Shown here piece after piece: positions 1 to 12,271 of a stretch of 64,000 nucleotides of DNA. Source of the stretch: Halarcobacter sp. (GTDB lineage: Bacteria; Campylobacterota; Campylobacteria; Campylobacterales; Arcobacteraceae); contig OY781089.1 in the NCBI GenBank assembly GCA_963676565.1, positions 992,001 through 1,056,000 of the forward strand. Reading direction: 5' to 3'. A program made the position numbers and the translations under genes. Position 1 is the stretch's first letter. Each line of letters begins with the position of its first letter. Under the pieces are notes generated by a model. That model was not told where the DNA came from, ran no database searches, and saw only the letters and a program-made list of their open reading frames with translations.

Positions 1-16
1 CTTTTATTTATTGTCT

Positions 17-340
17 TTAGGCTTTAGCCTCAAGCTCACTTAAGAACTCTTCAATAGTATATTTTTCTCTATATTGTTCACTCATTAGGTGAATAAAAAT
101 ATCTCCCATATCAATGATTGTCCAGTTTTCGTCATCATCAACTCTTAAGAACTCTTCACCTAAAGGTTTTAAATCATTTTTTAAATAATTTAATAGTGCA
201 AATCCATGTTTTGGGTTTAATGTAGTTGCAATAACTACATAATCAACAATATATTCTTTGTCTGTTAAGTCAATAACTTCAATATTCTCAGCTTTTTTAT
301 CATCTAAAATAGCTTTGATTGTCTCTAATCTTTTGTTCAA
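17..340 (-). CDS. rsfS: Ribosome silencing factor (Iojap family)
   Basis: LDDKKAENIEVIDL, DYVVIAT and WTIIDMGDIFIHLM motifs; follows nadD; TTG start. Confidence 0.93.
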   Translation of the reverse strand: MNKRLETIKAILDDKKAENIEVIDLTDKEYIVDYVVIATTLNPKHGFALLNYLKNDLKPLGEEFLRVDDDENWTIIDMGDIFIHLMSEQYREKYTIEEFLSELEAKA

Positions 341-888
341 ATTTTACCTTTTTCTTTCCAGATGTTTTTTACATCTTTTCTTATTTTTTTTGGAATATAA
401 TCTAAACTAAAAGTATTTCTTAGTTCAGTAGAACTAATTTTAATGTCAACTTTTAGTCTTTTAACCTTTCCTTTTTTATTGTATTTTATACCATCCCTAG
501 TAACAACAACAAGAGTAACTAGTTTCTCAATCTCTTCAAAACTGTCCCATAAATGAAAAGACTTATAATTGTCTGCACCTATAATTAAGTACAATTTTTC
601 TGGTTTATACTTTTTTAAAACAAATTTAATTGTTTCAATAGAATAAACTGGTCTTTTCATATCAATTTCAAAGGAAGAAACTTTTACAGCTTCTTTTTTT
701 GAAAAGAGTTTTTTTAGTAATTTAAATCTTGTTTGTGCATCCAAAAAAGATTTAACTTTAAGGGGATTTAAATATGCAGGAACAACAAGCAACAAATCTA
801 TGTCTAACTTTTTTAAAGCTTTTTTTACAATGGTTTGGTGACCAATATGTGGAGGGTCAAAACTTCCACCAAAAATTGCCATATGCAC
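337..888 (-). CDS. nadD: Nicotinate-nucleotide adenylyltransferase
   Basis: AIFGGSFDPPHIGH (HIGH motif), IIGADN, ISSTELR. Confidence 0.95.
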   Translation of the reverse strand: MHMAIFGGSFDPPHIGHQTIVKKALKKLDIDLLLVVPAYLNPLKVKSFLDAQTRFKLLKKLFSKKEAVKVSSFEIDMKRPVYSIETIKFVLKKYKPEKLYLIIGADNYKSFHLWDSFEEIEKLVTLVVVTRDGIKYNKKGKVKRLKVDIKISSTELRNTFSLDYIPKKIRKDVKNIWKEKGKI

Positions 889-921
889 CTATATATTACC
901 TTTATACAATGATTAAATAAT

Positions 922-930
922 ATTATAGCA
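922..930 (-). promoter_or_regulatory. Extended -10 (TGCTATAAT) for nadD-rsfS
   Basis: Exact TGnTATAAT on the minus strand, 33 nt upstream of the start. Confidence 0.6.
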
Positions 931-1059
931 ATTTTTGGATAAAATATCCACGATTTTGTTAATTAAGTGGGGATTTGACTATAAATTTATAGTTATTACT
1001 TTACTAGGTGTGTGAACAATTTTTGACACAAATTTAATACAGTTTAAAATGAGGGGAAA

Positions 1060-2256
1060 ATGAAATTACAAGAGATTAAAAACATTGATATTGATGGGAA
1101 AAAAGTATTTATAAGATGTGACTTTAATGTACCTATGGATGAATATAATAATATTTCAGATGATAGAAGAATAAAAAGTGCGTTAAATACAATTAGATAC
1201 TGTATTGATAGAGATTGTTCAATTATTTTGGCATCACACTTTGGTAGACCATCTGAACCAGGAGAGGAGAAATATTCTCTAAAACCAGTTGCAAAAAGAT
1301 TACATACTCTTTTAAAACAAGAGATAAAAATGGCTAAAAATGTAATTGGTGATGATACACTTGAAACTGCACAAAATCTTGAAGCAGGTGAGATTTTATT
1401 ACTTGAAAACCTAAGATATGAGCAAGGTGAGAAGAAAAATGATGAAGAGTTTGCTTCAAAACTTGCATCTATGGCTGATATTTATATTAATGATGCCTTT
1501 GGTGTATCTCATAGAGCTCATGCTTCTGTTGAAGCAATTACAAAGTTTTTTGATATAAATTCAAAAGCTGCAGGGTTTCTACTTGCAAAAGAGATTAAAT
1601 TTTTCTATAAAATTATTGAAGAACCAAAGAGACCATTTGTTTCAATTATTGGTGGTTCAAAAGTTTCTGGAAAGCTTGAAGTTTTACATAATCTAATCAC
1701 AAAAGTTGATAAAATATTGATTGGTGGAGGAATGGCCTTTACATTCTTAAAAGCTCAAGGTTATGAAGTAGGAAAATCATTAGTTGAAGATGATTTAATA
1801 CCTGATGCAAAAGAGATTATGCAAAAAGCACAAGAGTTAGGGGTTAAACTTTATCTACCTGTAGATGTTGTTGCCGCTGAAGCTTTTGATGCAGATGCAA
1901 TTGCTAAACATGTTACTGCTCAAGAAATTCCAGCTGAGTGGATGGGACTTGATATAGGACCTGCAACTGCTCAATTATTTAGATTTGCACTTTCAGATGC
2001 AAATACTATTTTATGGAATGGACCAATGGGTGTTTATGAAATGGAAAAATTTGCTAAAGGAAGTACTAGAATCTCTAATACTGTTGCACAATCTTTTGCA
2101 ACAACAGTTGTTGGTGGTGGAGATACAGCAGATTTAGTTAGAGTAACTGGCGATGAAGAGGATATGACATTTATCTCAACTGGTGGTGGAGCATCATTAG
2201 AATTAATTGAAGGGAAAGTTTTACCTGGTGTTAAAGCTTTAGTTTTAGAGGACTAA
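1060..2256 (+). CDS. pgk: Phosphoglycerate kinase
   Basis: [37 protein letters not shown]. Confidence 0.98.
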   Translation: MKLQEIKNIDIDGKKVFIRCDFNVPMDEYNNISDDRRIKSALNTIRYCIDRDCSIILASHFGRPSEPGEEKYSLKPVAKRLHTLLKQEIKMAKNVIGDDTLETAQNLEAGEILLLENLRYEQGEKKNDEEFASKLASMADIYINDAFGVSHRAHASVEAITKFFDINSKAAGFLLAKEIKFFYKIIEEPKRPFVSIIGGSKVSGKLEVLHNLITKVDKILIGGGMAFTFLKAQGYEVGKSLVEDDLIPDAKEIMQKAQELGVKLYLPVDVVAAEAFDADAIAKHVTAQEIPAEWMGLDIGPATAQLFRFALSDANTILWNGPMGVYEMEKFAKGSTRISNTVAQSFATTVVGGGDTADLVRVTGDEEDMTFISTGGGASLELIEGKVLPGVKALVLED

Positions 2257-2260
2257 TTTA

Positions 2261-3890
<1,630 letters not shown>

Positions 3891-3956
3891 TCAAAAGTTT
3901 TTATTTAAAATTTATTGGAATTTTGAATTAAAATTTTAAATTGTTATAGGAAAAAA

Positions 3957-5165
3957 ATGAGTATTAATTTTAAAGAATTAGCAGAAAAATATCAAACACC
4001 ATATTATGTATATGATTTTGATTATATTACAAGTCAATATGAAGAGTTAAAAACTGCGTTTAAAGCAAGAAAATCTTTAATCGCATATGCTGTAAAAGCA
4101 AACTCAAATTTATCAGTTATTAAACACTTAGCATCTCTAGGTGCAGGGGCTGATTGTGTTTCTATTGGTGAAGTAAAAAGAGCATTAAAAGTTGGAATTG
4201 CTCCATATAAAATTATCTTTTCAGGTGTTGGTAAAATTGATTCTGAGATAAAAGAAGCATTAGAACTTGGTATTTTAATGATAAATGTTGAATCAGATGC
4301 AGAGTTACAAAGAGTAGAAACTATTGCAAAAGAGCTTGATGTTGTTGCAAGAATCTCTATTAGAGTAAATCCAAATATTGATCCAAAAACACATCCATAT
4401 ATTTCAACAGGATTACATGAAAATAAATTTGGTGTGGATATTGACACAGCAAAAAGAATGTATATTCAATGTAAAAATTCGGATAATTTAGAACCAACTG
4501 GTATTCATTGTCATATTGGGTCTCAATTAACAGAGCTTCAACCAATTAAAGAATCTGTTCAAATAATTGCTGATTTAGTGAGAAATCTTGCTGCTCTTAA
4601 AATTGAGCTTTCTTTTATAGATGTTGGTGGGGGACTTGGAATTATTTATGATGATGAAAAGTTAATTGATACAAATGAATATGCACAAGCAATTTTAGAA
4701 ACAATGTTTGGTCTTGATATTACAATTGTATGTGAACCAGGAAGATTTCTAGTAGGGAATAGTGGTACTTTTGTAACTAAAGTTTTATATGAAAAAATAA
4801 ATGGTGAAAAAAGATTTGTGATTGTTGATGGGGCTATGAATGATTTAATTAGACCAGCTTTATACAATGCTTACCATAAAATTGAAGTTTTAAATGATAA
4901 TAAAGAGTTTAGCGATTGTAATTTAGTTGGTCCTGTTTGTGAAAGTGGAGATTTCTTTGCTAAAAATATTGAATTACCACAAACACAACATAATGATTTG
5001 GTTGCTATATATTCTGCAGGAGCTTATTGTTTTACAATGGCAAGTAACTATAATACTAGGGGAAAAGTTGCTGAAATTGCATATGAAAATGGACAAGATA
5101 GATTAATCAGAAAAAGAGAAACTTTTGAAGATATAATTGCTTTAGAAGAAGAGTTTATAAAATAA
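3957..5165 (+). CDS. lysA: Diaminopimelate decarboxylase
   Basis: YAVKAN (PLP Lys), HCHIGSQ, EPGR, GPVCESGD, MASNYN. Confidence 0.97.
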   Translation: MSINFKELAEKYQTPYYVYDFDYITSQYEELKTAFKARKSLIAYAVKANSNLSVIKHLASLGAGADCVSIGEVKRALKVGIAPYKIIFSGVGKIDSEIKEALELGILMINVESDAELQRVETIAKELDVVARISIRVNPNIDPKTHPYISTGLHENKFGVDIDTAKRMYIQCKNSDNLEPTGIHCHIGSQLTELQPIKESVQIIADLVRNLAALKIELSFIDVGGGLGIIYDDEKLIDTNEYAQAILETMFGLDITIVCEPGRFLVGNSGTFVTKVLYEKINGEKRFVIVDGAMNDLIRPALYNAYHKIEVLNDNKEFSDCNLVGPVCESGDFFAKNIELPQTQHNDLVAIYSAGAYCFTMASNYNTRGKVAEIAYENGQDRLIRKRETFEDIIALEEEFIK

Positions 5166-5190
5166 TAAAAGCAATAAAAAAGGTTAGGTT

Positions 5191-6258
5191 ATGAGTGAGA
5201 TTGGACTACAAGAATTAAGAGATAAGTTAGATTCAATTGATAATGAATTATTAAAACTTATAAATAAAAGAATGGAAGTTGTTCATCAAGTTGGAGCGTT
5301 AAAAGCACAAAGTGGAGGAGCAATATATAGACCTGAAAGGGAAAAAGCTATTATTGATAGACTTGAGTCATTAAATGATGGTAAACTAAATAGAAATGCA
5401 ATTGAAGCACTTTTTTTAGAGATTTTTGCTATTTCTAGAAATTTAGAACTTCCAGAAAACATTGCTTATTTAGGTCCTGAAGGAAGTTTTACTCATCAAG
5501 CAGCAGAGGGTAGATTTGGTGCTATGAGCTCATATTTACCAATTGGTTCTATTAAAGGGGTATTTAGAGAAGTTAGTTCAAAAAAGGCAAAATTTGGAGT
5601 TATTCCTATTGAAAATTCTTCAAATGGAATTGTAAGTGATACTATTAGTTGTCTTTCAAATTATGATCTTAAAATTATTGCTGAAGTGGTTTTAAATATT
5701 CACCATACTTTAGCAACAACATGTGATAAGGTTTCAGATATAAAAAGAATTTATTCTAAAGATATTGCCTTTGATCAATGTAGTAGATTTTTAGAGAATG
5801 TTGGACTTGATGAAGTTGAACATATACCTGTTGAGTCAACAACCAAAGCTGCAAAATTGGCTTTAAATGAAAAAGGAAGTGCTGCAATTTGTTCTCATGT
5901 TGGAGCAAAGATTTATAATCTTCCAATTTTATTTGAAAACATTGAAGATAAAGATAACAATAAAACAAGATTTTTTATTGTAAGTGATTTTGAAAATGGT
6001 AAGAGTGACCATGATAAAACATCAATATTGGTTAAATTACCAAATACTCCTGGTGCCTTGGTTGAATTTTTAACAGATTTTGATAGAGCAGGGATAAACC
6101 TGACAAAAATCAAATCACATATTGTAGAGGGTGTTTCTATTTTCTTTATTGATTTCAATGGACATAAAGATGATGATAATGTAAAAACAATTTTTGATAA
6201 ACATGGTGAATCTATAAAATTCTTAGGTTCATATGTTAAAGAAGTAGAGGATATTTAA
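5191..6258 (+). CDS. pheA: Chorismate mutase / prephenate dehydratase
   Basis: N-terminal CM domain (LRDKLDSID...RE), LGPEGSFTH, PIENS, NKTRF, C-terminal ACT domain. Confidence 0.95.
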   Translation: MSEIGLQELRDKLDSIDNELLKLINKRMEVVHQVGALKAQSGGAIYRPEREKAIIDRLESLNDGKLNRNAIEALFLEIFAISRNLELPENIAYLGPEGSFTHQAAEGRFGAMSSYLPIGSIKGVFREVSSKKAKFGVIPIENSSNGIVSDTISCLSNYDLKIIAEVVLNIHHTLATTCDKVSDIKRIYSKDIAFDQCSRFLENVGLDEVEHIPVESTTKAAKLALNEKGSAAICSHVGAKIYNLPILFENIEDKDNNKTRFFIVSDFENGKSDHDKTSILVKLPNTPGALVEFLTDFDRAGINLTKIKSHIVEGVSIFFIDFNGHKDDDNVKTIFDKHGESIKFLGSYVKEVEDI

Positions 6259-6260
6259 AA

Positions 6261-7370
6261 ATGAAATTTAATAAAGTTCTGGATGATTGTAAAATTTATG
6301 AAGCAGGTAAGCCTATTGAGCTTGTAGTTAGAGAATATGGAGTTGATACAAAAGATATTGTAAAGCTTGCTTCAAATGAGAATCCATATGGAACCTCACC
6401 AAAAGTAACTAAAAAAATTCAAGATATTTCAAAAAATATGTTTATGTATCCTGATGATTCAATGTATGAATTAAAAGAGGCCCTTGCTAATAAATTTAAA
6501 GTTACTAGTGAAAATATAGTAATTGGTGCAGGAAGTGATCAAGTAATTGATTTTTTAGTAAAAGCAAAATGTGATGAAAATTCTAAAATTTTAATGAGTA
6601 AAACTACTTTTGCTATGTATGAAATTTATGGAAGACAAGCAGGTGCTGAAATTTTAAGGACACCTGATGATCAACATAATTTAGAGCAATTTGAAGCTAT
6701 GTATAAAGAACATGGTGCAGATATGATTTTCTTATGTTTACCAAATAATCCACTTGGGGAATGCTTGGATACAAAAGATGTTTATGACTTTTTAGAAAAA
6801 ATTGATAGTGAAACTTTAGTTGTAGTTGATGGTGCTTATCAAGAGTATGCGGCATTTAAAGATTCAAAAAAGAGAATTGATCCAGCTGATTTAATAAATA
6901 AATTCCCAAATACAGTTTATTTAGGAACTTTTTCAAAAGCTTATGCTTTAGGTGGAATGAGAACTGGATATGGGATTGGTCAAGTTGATATTATAAAAAC
7001 TATGTATAAATTAAGACCTCCTTTTAATATTTCTACACTATCATTAGCTGCTGCCATTGAATCACTAAAAGATGAAGAGTTTGTAAATGAGTGTATTAAA
7101 TTAAACTTTCAGCAGATGAAAAGATATGAAGAGTATGCTTTAAATAAAGGTTTTTCATATATTGATAGTTACACAAATTTTATTACACTTAAATTTGAAG
7201 ATAAGTATAGCTCTAAAGAAGTTGCACAAAGGTTACTTGAAAAAGGTATCATTATTAGAGATTTAACTTCTTATGGAGTTAATGCAATAAGAATTACAAT
7301 TGGATCAGAAGAACAAAACACAAAAGTATTTAAAATATTAGATAAAGTATTGGACGAACTAAAAAAATAA
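6261..7370 (+). CDS. hisC: Histidinol-phosphate aminotransferase
   Basis: KLASNENP, PNNPLG, DGAY, TFSKAYALGGMRTG. Confidence 0.94.
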   Translation: MKFNKVLDDCKIYEAGKPIELVVREYGVDTKDIVKLASNENPYGTSPKVTKKIQDISKNMFMYPDDSMYELKEALANKFKVTSENIVIGAGSDQVIDFLVKAKCDENSKILMSKTTFAMYEIYGRQAGAEILRTPDDQHNLEQFEAMYKEHGADMIFLCLPNNPLGECLDTKDVYDFLEKIDSETLVVVDGAYQEYAAFKDSKKRIDPADLINKFPNTVYLGTFSKAYALGGMRTGYGIGQVDIIKTMYKLRPPFNISTLSLAAAIESLKDEEFVNECIKLNFQQMKRYEEYALNKGFSYIDSYTNFITLKFEDKYSSKEVAQRLLEKGIIIRDLTSYGVNAIRITIGSEEQNTKVFKILDKVLDELKK

Positions 7371-7383
7371 AGAGTTTAGAATT

Positions 7384-9186
7384 ATGGAAATAAAAGAAAA
7401 GAGCCTTGATGAGTTAGAAGTAGTTTGTCAAGATATCAGAGATAGGATTATAGATGTTGTATCAAGAAAAGGTGGACACTTTTCTTCTACACTTGGTGCA
7501 GTTGAGTTAACTGTCGCAATGCATAAAGTTTTTAATGTAAAAAAAGATCCTTTTATCTATGATGTATCTCACCAATGCTATCCTCATAAATTAATTAATG
7601 ATAGATGGAATGAATTTGAAACAATCAGACAATTTGATGGTTTAAGTGGTTTTACTAAGCCAAAAGAATCAGATGCAGACTATTTTGTAGCTGGACATAG
7701 TTCAACTTCTATTTCCTTAGCAGTTGGAGCTGCTAAAGCAATAAAACTAAAGAATGAAGATAGAATCCCTGTTGTTATGATAGGTGATGGTTCTATGACA
7801 GCAGGGATGGTTTATGAGGCTCTAAATGAGCTTGGTGACAAGAAATATCCTACTGTAATTATTTTAAATGATAATGAAATGTCAATAGCAAAACCAATTG
7901 GTGCTATTTCTAAATATTTATCAAAAATATTAGCAGGTAAATATTATCAAAGTTTTAAGGATAGAGTAGACAGATTTATTAAAAATAATATGCCCGAAGG
8001 GACTACTTATATAGCCAAAAGAATGGAAGAGGCTATGAAGCTTATTACTCCTGGGATACTCTTTGAAGAGATGGGAGTTGATTATATTGGTCCAATTGAT
8101 GGGCATAATCTTGAAGAGATTATTGAAACACTTGAAATCGCCAGAGATATGAAAAAGCCTGTTATTGTTCATGCAAGAACAGTTAAGGGGAAAGGTTATG
8201 CTCCTGCTGAGGGTCAACATGAATGTTGGCATGGGGTAGGTCCTTTTAATATTGATGATGGAAAGTTTGTTAAAAAAAATGCAGGGAAATCTGCAACGGC
8301 AGTTTTTGCTGATGCACTTTTAGACTTAGCAAAAAAACATGAAAATGTAGTTGGTGTAACGGCAGCAATGCCTAGTGGAACTGGAATTGACAAGTTAATG
8401 AAAGAGTTTCCAACTAGATTTTGGGATGTTGCAATTGCAGAACAACATGCAGTTACTTCTATGGCTGCTATGGCAAAAGAGGGATTTAAACCATTTATTA
8501 CAATCTATTCTACATTCTTACAAAGAGGATTTGATCAAATTATTCATGATGTATGCTTAATGAATCTCCCTGTTGTATTTGCCATTGATAGAGCAGGGAT
8601 TGTAGGAAATGATGGGGAAACTCACCAAGGAGCTTTTGATATATCTTATTTAAGGTTTATTCCTAATATGATTCTTTGTGCTCCTAGAGATAATGAAACA
8701 TTAATATACGCATTAGATTTTGCATATAATGCTTCAAGTCCATGTGCTATTAGATACCCTAGAGGTGCCTTTGGTGAACTTGAATTTAAATCAACACCCT
8801 TTGAACTTGGAAAGGCAGAACTTTTAAAAGAAGGAAGTTCTGATAAACTTTTTATTGCATATGGTGCTGGTGTTAGTAGAGCCTGTGAAACTGAAAAACT
8901 TCATGAAGAAGATATAGCAATTTTAGATTTAAGGTTTGTTAAACCTTTAGATGAAGAAACTTTAAGAGAATTGACAAAAAAATATTCAAAGTGGTATGTA
9001 TTTAGTGATTCACAAAAACAAGGTGGAGTTGCAAGTGCTATTTTAGAATTTTTAAATAAAGAAGAACTTTTTATTAGTGTTACATCATTTGAATATGAAG
9101 ATGATTTTATTCCCCATGGAGATACAAAGAAAGTTGAAGAGAGCTTATTTTTACACCCTGCTCAATTAGTAGAAAAAATTAACTAG
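7384..9186 (+). CDS. dxs: 1-deoxy-D-xylulose-5-phosphate synthase
   Basis: GGHFSSTLG, HQCYPHK, GHSSTSIS, GDGSMTAG, IAEQHA, DRAG. Confidence 0.97.
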   Translation: MEIKEKSLDELEVVCQDIRDRIIDVVSRKGGHFSSTLGAVELTVAMHKVFNVKKDPFIYDVSHQCYPHKLINDRWNEFETIRQFDGLSGFTKPKESDADYFVAGHSSTSISLAVGAAKAIKLKNEDRIPVVMIGDGSMTAGMVYEALNELGDKKYPTVIILNDNEMSIAKPIGAISKYLSKILAGKYYQSFKDRVDRFIKNNMPEGTTYIAKRMEEAMKLITPGILFEEMGVDYIGPIDGHNLEEIIETLEIARDMKKPVIVHARTVKGKGYAPAEGQHECWHGVGPFNIDDGKFVKKNAGKSATAVFADALLDLAKKHENVVGVTAAMPSGTGIDKLMKEFPTRFWDVAIAEQHAVTSMAAMAKEGFKPFITIYSTFLQRGFDQIIHDVCLMNLPVVFAIDRAGIVGNDGETHQGAFDISYLRFIPNMILCAPRDNETLIYALDFAYNASSPCAIRYPRGAFGELEFKSTPFELGKAELLKEGSSDKLFIAYGAGVSRACETEKLHEEDIAILDLRFVKPLDEETLRELTKKYSKWYVFSDSQKQGGVASAILEFLNKEELFISVTSFEYEDDFIPHGDTKKVEESLFLHPAQLVEKIN

Positions 9187-9206
9187 TATTTATTACTAGT
9201 TAATTT
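9176..9206. terminator. 13-bp inverted repeat spanning the convergent dxs and secretin stop codons
   Basis: AAATTAACTAGTA-N5-TACTAGTTAATTT. Confidence 0.55.
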
Positions 9207-10642
9207 CCATAAAGTATTTTATTTACCCTTTGCTGATGTTTTTCCTCATCTGTTAATTCAACTTTTTCTTTTTTATTTTCTATTTTTTTAGTTGTTTCTG
9301 CAATCTCTTTCTCGTTTTCCATTTCTTCTTGATCTTTCATTTTGTAAAGATTATTCTTTTGTTTACTATAATCTCTATCTTTGATAATGTTCATTTTTTT
9401 CTTTAAGATTTTTTTCTCATCATGGTTCATTGGATCAACTATTTCAGGGGTCATGAAAAATACTAAATCATAGTTCTCATCATTTGTTGATCTACTTGAA
9501 AATAATTGTCCTAATAAAGGTATATCGCCTAAGCCTGGGATTTTTTCTTTATCTTGACTATAATCAGCTTTTAAAAGACCAGCTAAAACAATTGTAGAAC
9601 CATCTTCTATTAATACATTAGTTGTAACTTCATTACCTACTAAACCAGGGATGTCATCAACGGTATTAATATAATCAACATCATCAATTTTTGCCATTGC
9701 CTCAAAATCAATATATTGATTTTCAATAATCTTTTTTGCCTTCATTGAGATATTTAGACCATATTCAATCTCTTTTAATTCAGTTGATGGTACTCCCTCA
9801 GCTGTTGTAGTTGAAGATTTGATGAAAAACTTACCACCTGTATTAAATTTAGCTTCCTGATTCTCTTTCATAATCAAGGTACTTTCATTTACTATTCTAG
9901 CCGCATTGTTTTTTCTTAGGTAATTTAGTGTAAGACCTAAGTTAAAATCAGAACCTAATGTTTGCGCAGCAAGTGTTATTCCACCTGTTAAACTTGTAAT
10001 ATTAGCATTAAAATTACCAGTTAATGTATCATTTGTAGATTTATTACTAAATGTCCAATCATTGATAAGTTGTTCATTGTTATTATTATCTATTTGAACC
10101 ACATAAACTTTCACTCTAACCATTTTAGTTGAGTAATTGTCTTTAATTAAGTCAATTAATTGAGCTTCTGTGTCAATTCCATATTTTTTAAATATTTCAA
10201 TAAGTTTAGATTTTTGTGTTTGATTTTTTACATGTCCTTGTAGTATAACTGTATCATTGATTTGAGAGACTTGAACATTAGGGTAAAGATGATTAATTAG
10301 TTGAATTATATCATTCATATTTTTAACGATATTAAATTTAACTGTAACAACTGAATCATCTTGAAAAGTTACAATTGCACTTTGTTTACCAATTTTTTTC
10401 CCTTTTACTTTTAAGGTTGCTAGGGGGATATCGCTATCTTTTAAAAAATCAGCTTCAATATAATCACTTGAATCAAAATTAATTTTTTTAATTGTTTTAG
10501 TGAATTTAAGAATTTTATAGCCATTTAAATCTACAGTGACAATTTTATTTTCAAAATCTACTTGTTTTACAGCTTTAGTTTCTGATGCATTTAAAGAAAT
10601 GCAAAATAGTAGTAGTAATATAATAAAATTAATTTTTTTCAT
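9200..10642 (-). CDS. rcpA: Tad pilus secretin (RcpA/CpaC family)
   Basis: Signal peptide from ATG 10642 with GGAGA RBS (preferred to the track start at 10681); N domain, BON-like segment (VILQGHV), secretin core (EYGLNI, GSTIVLAGL, KIPGLGDIPLLGQLFSS, LVFFMTPEIV). Confidence 0.88.
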   Translation of the reverse strand: MKKINFIILLLLFCISLNASETKAVKQVDFENKIVTVDLNGYKILKFTKTIKKINFDSSDYIEADFLKDSDIPLATLKVKGKKIGKQSAIVTFQDDSVVTVKFNIVKNMNDIIQLINHLYPNVQVSQINDTVILQGHVKNQTQKSKLIEIFKKYGIDTEAQLIDLIKDNYSTKMVRVKVYVVQIDNNNNEQLINDWTFSNKSTNDTLTGNFNANITSLTGGITLAAQTLGSDFNLGLTLNYLRKNNAARIVNESTLIMKENQEAKFNTGGKFFIKSSTTTAEGVPSTELKEIEYGLNISMKAKKIIENQYIDFEAMAKIDDVDYINTVDDIPGLVGNEVTTNVLIEDGSTIVLAGLLKADYSQDKEKIPGLGDIPLLGQLFSSRSTNDENYDLVFFMTPEIVDPMNHDEKKILKKKMNIIKDRDYSKQKNNLYKMKDQEEMENEKEIAETTKKIENKKEKVELTDEEKHQQRVNKILYGN

Positions 10643-10650
10643 CTTCTCTC

Positions 10651-11094
10651 CTAATTTGATAAAGTGATATTTAATGTACATGTTATTGTATTTGAATTAT
10701 TTTCATTAAATACTACTCTTTTACTTACAAGATTATTACCAAAAAACTTATAAGAGTTATTTGTTGTTTGGGTAATAAAAATAACTTGATAGGCTCCATT
10801 TGCATTAAAACCACATATTGTATTTGTATCTGCTGAGACATTGTTTATAGCAGCTACTTTCATTGCATTAATGTTTGCCGTTAAATCAGCACCTATACCA
10901 TTAATTGCTACATTTCTTGAACCATAATCAGATATTGCATCCATATTATCTTTTACTCTAACAATTGTTGCGTAATCTACAACAAAAAAGAATAGGGTAA
11001 CAAAGCCTATAAACATTACCATCCATAAAAGAATGTTTTCTATATATGCTTTTTTAAAGCTTTGTTCTTTTTTTCTGATAGTTTTTTTACACAT
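10651..11094 (-). CDS. Putative Tad minor pilin / pseudopilin (TadE/F-like role)
   Basis: Basic leader ending KKA, then YIEN and a hydrophobic helix; small soluble domain with 2 Cys; inside the tad operon. Confidence 0.6.
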   Translation of the reverse strand: MCKKTIRKKEQSFKKAYIENILLWMVMFIGFVTLFFFVVDYATIVRVKDNMDAISDYGSRNVAINGIGADLTANINAMKVAAINNVSADTNTICGFNANGAYQVIFITQTTNNSYKFFGNNLVSKRVVFNENNSNTITCTLNITLSN

Positions 11095-11096
11095 CC

Positions 11097-12257
11097 TTAT
11101 TTTCTTAACCCTTTATACTCTTTAAATGATATCTCTTTTACATCTTTTTTCTGAATATAAGTTCCATCACAAATAACAAACCAACCTGGATTTATTTTAG
11201 ATAAACCAGTGTGTGCCAATACATAGTTTTTATATATTTTATTATCTATTTTGGCTCTAATAGATGGTAATTTTCTTAGGTATGCTTTATTTGATATTAC
11301 AATTAATAAATTGTCATTTTTTGAACACTCTTTTGTTAAATCATTTTGTAAATTAACAGTTTTTGATTTTTTCAAAGAGGGTTTGTCTGCATATTCAATT
11401 ATTGCAGTTTTTTGTTCAGTATTAATTTTTGGATAATATCTTTTTATTGGATAAGATTTTTTTACATATGTTGGTTTTTTTAGACTTTTTGGTACTTCTT
11501 TTTTAACAATTTTCTTTATCTCTTCTTTTTCATCTTTTTCATCTTTTTTATCTTTTTCAGGTTCTAGTCTTGATTTTATCATCCAAAGCTGACTACCTTT
11601 ATTCCAATCTTCTATTAAAGCTAACATATCTTTTTCTTTAATATCTAAAATTAACTCAGAGGCTCTTACATTTACAATCTCTTCAATTGTTTGTTTTTTT
11701 ACAACTTTTTTTATCTTTTTCTTAAAAATTGCTTTTTCAGAGGGTAAACCATCAGCAAGAAAACCTAATACTCTTATATTTTTAATAACATATTGTACTG
11801 ATACACCTTTTTCATTTGTAACAGATACAATTTTAATTAAATCATTTGGCTCTAATGTAAAATTGGGGTTTCTAAACATTTTGTATTGCATATTGTAACT
11901 ATTGTATTTGAAGTCAATTTTCTCTTGTTTCTTTTCTTCAATTTTTGTTGTTAACTTTTGTTTTAAAAATGCTTCATTTAAGTAAATAGTTTCTTTTGCA
12001 TATTTGTTAACTATTTCTTTTTGAAGTAGTGGTTTAGTTAATACAAATTGTCTTGCAATTGTAGTACTTTTAATATCTTTTTCAGTAATTAATGTACCCT
12101 TTTTAATATCTTTATTTGCAACAAAAATTCTAACTAATCTATTTTGTTCCTCAACCACTTTTTTATTTTCTTGATAAAAATATACTGATACTGCAATTGC
12201 AGACAGTAACATTGAAAGTAGAATTAATATTATTGCTACTTGTTTATTGAATTTCAT
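11097..12257 (-). CDS. Flp pilus assembly protein CpaB/RcpC-like (SAF domain) with putative C-terminal SH3b domain
   Basis: N-terminal TM helix, SAF signature FVANKDIKKGTLITEKDI, RcpC-like VIKNIRVL, Lys/Glu linker, C-terminal AYLRKLPS...GWFVICDGTYI. Confidence 0.7.
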   Translation of the reverse strand: MKFNKQVAIILILLSMLLSAIAVSVYFYQENKKVVEEQNRLVRIFVANKDIKKGTLITEKDIKSTTIARQFVLTKPLLQKEIVNKYAKETIYLNEAFLKQKLTTKIEEKKQEKIDFKYNSYNMQYKMFRNPNFTLEPNDLIKIVSVTNEKGVSVQYVIKNIRVLGFLADGLPSEKAIFKKKIKKVVKKQTIEEIVNVRASELILDIKEKDMLALIEDWNKGSQLWMIKSRLEPEKDKKDEKDEKEEIKKIVKKEVPKSLKKPTYVKKSYPIKRYYPKINTEQKTAIIEYADKPSLKKSKTVNLQNDLTKECSKNDNLLIVISNKAYLRKLPSIRAKIDNKIYKNYVLAHTGLSKINPGWFVICDGTYIQKKDVKEISFKEYKGLRK

Positions 12258-12271
12258 ATTTCCCCTTCATT

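Noticed and set aside
944..952. DnaA-box-like ATATCCACG
   Set aside because: Two mismatches to TTATCCACA, isolated, and no oriC context
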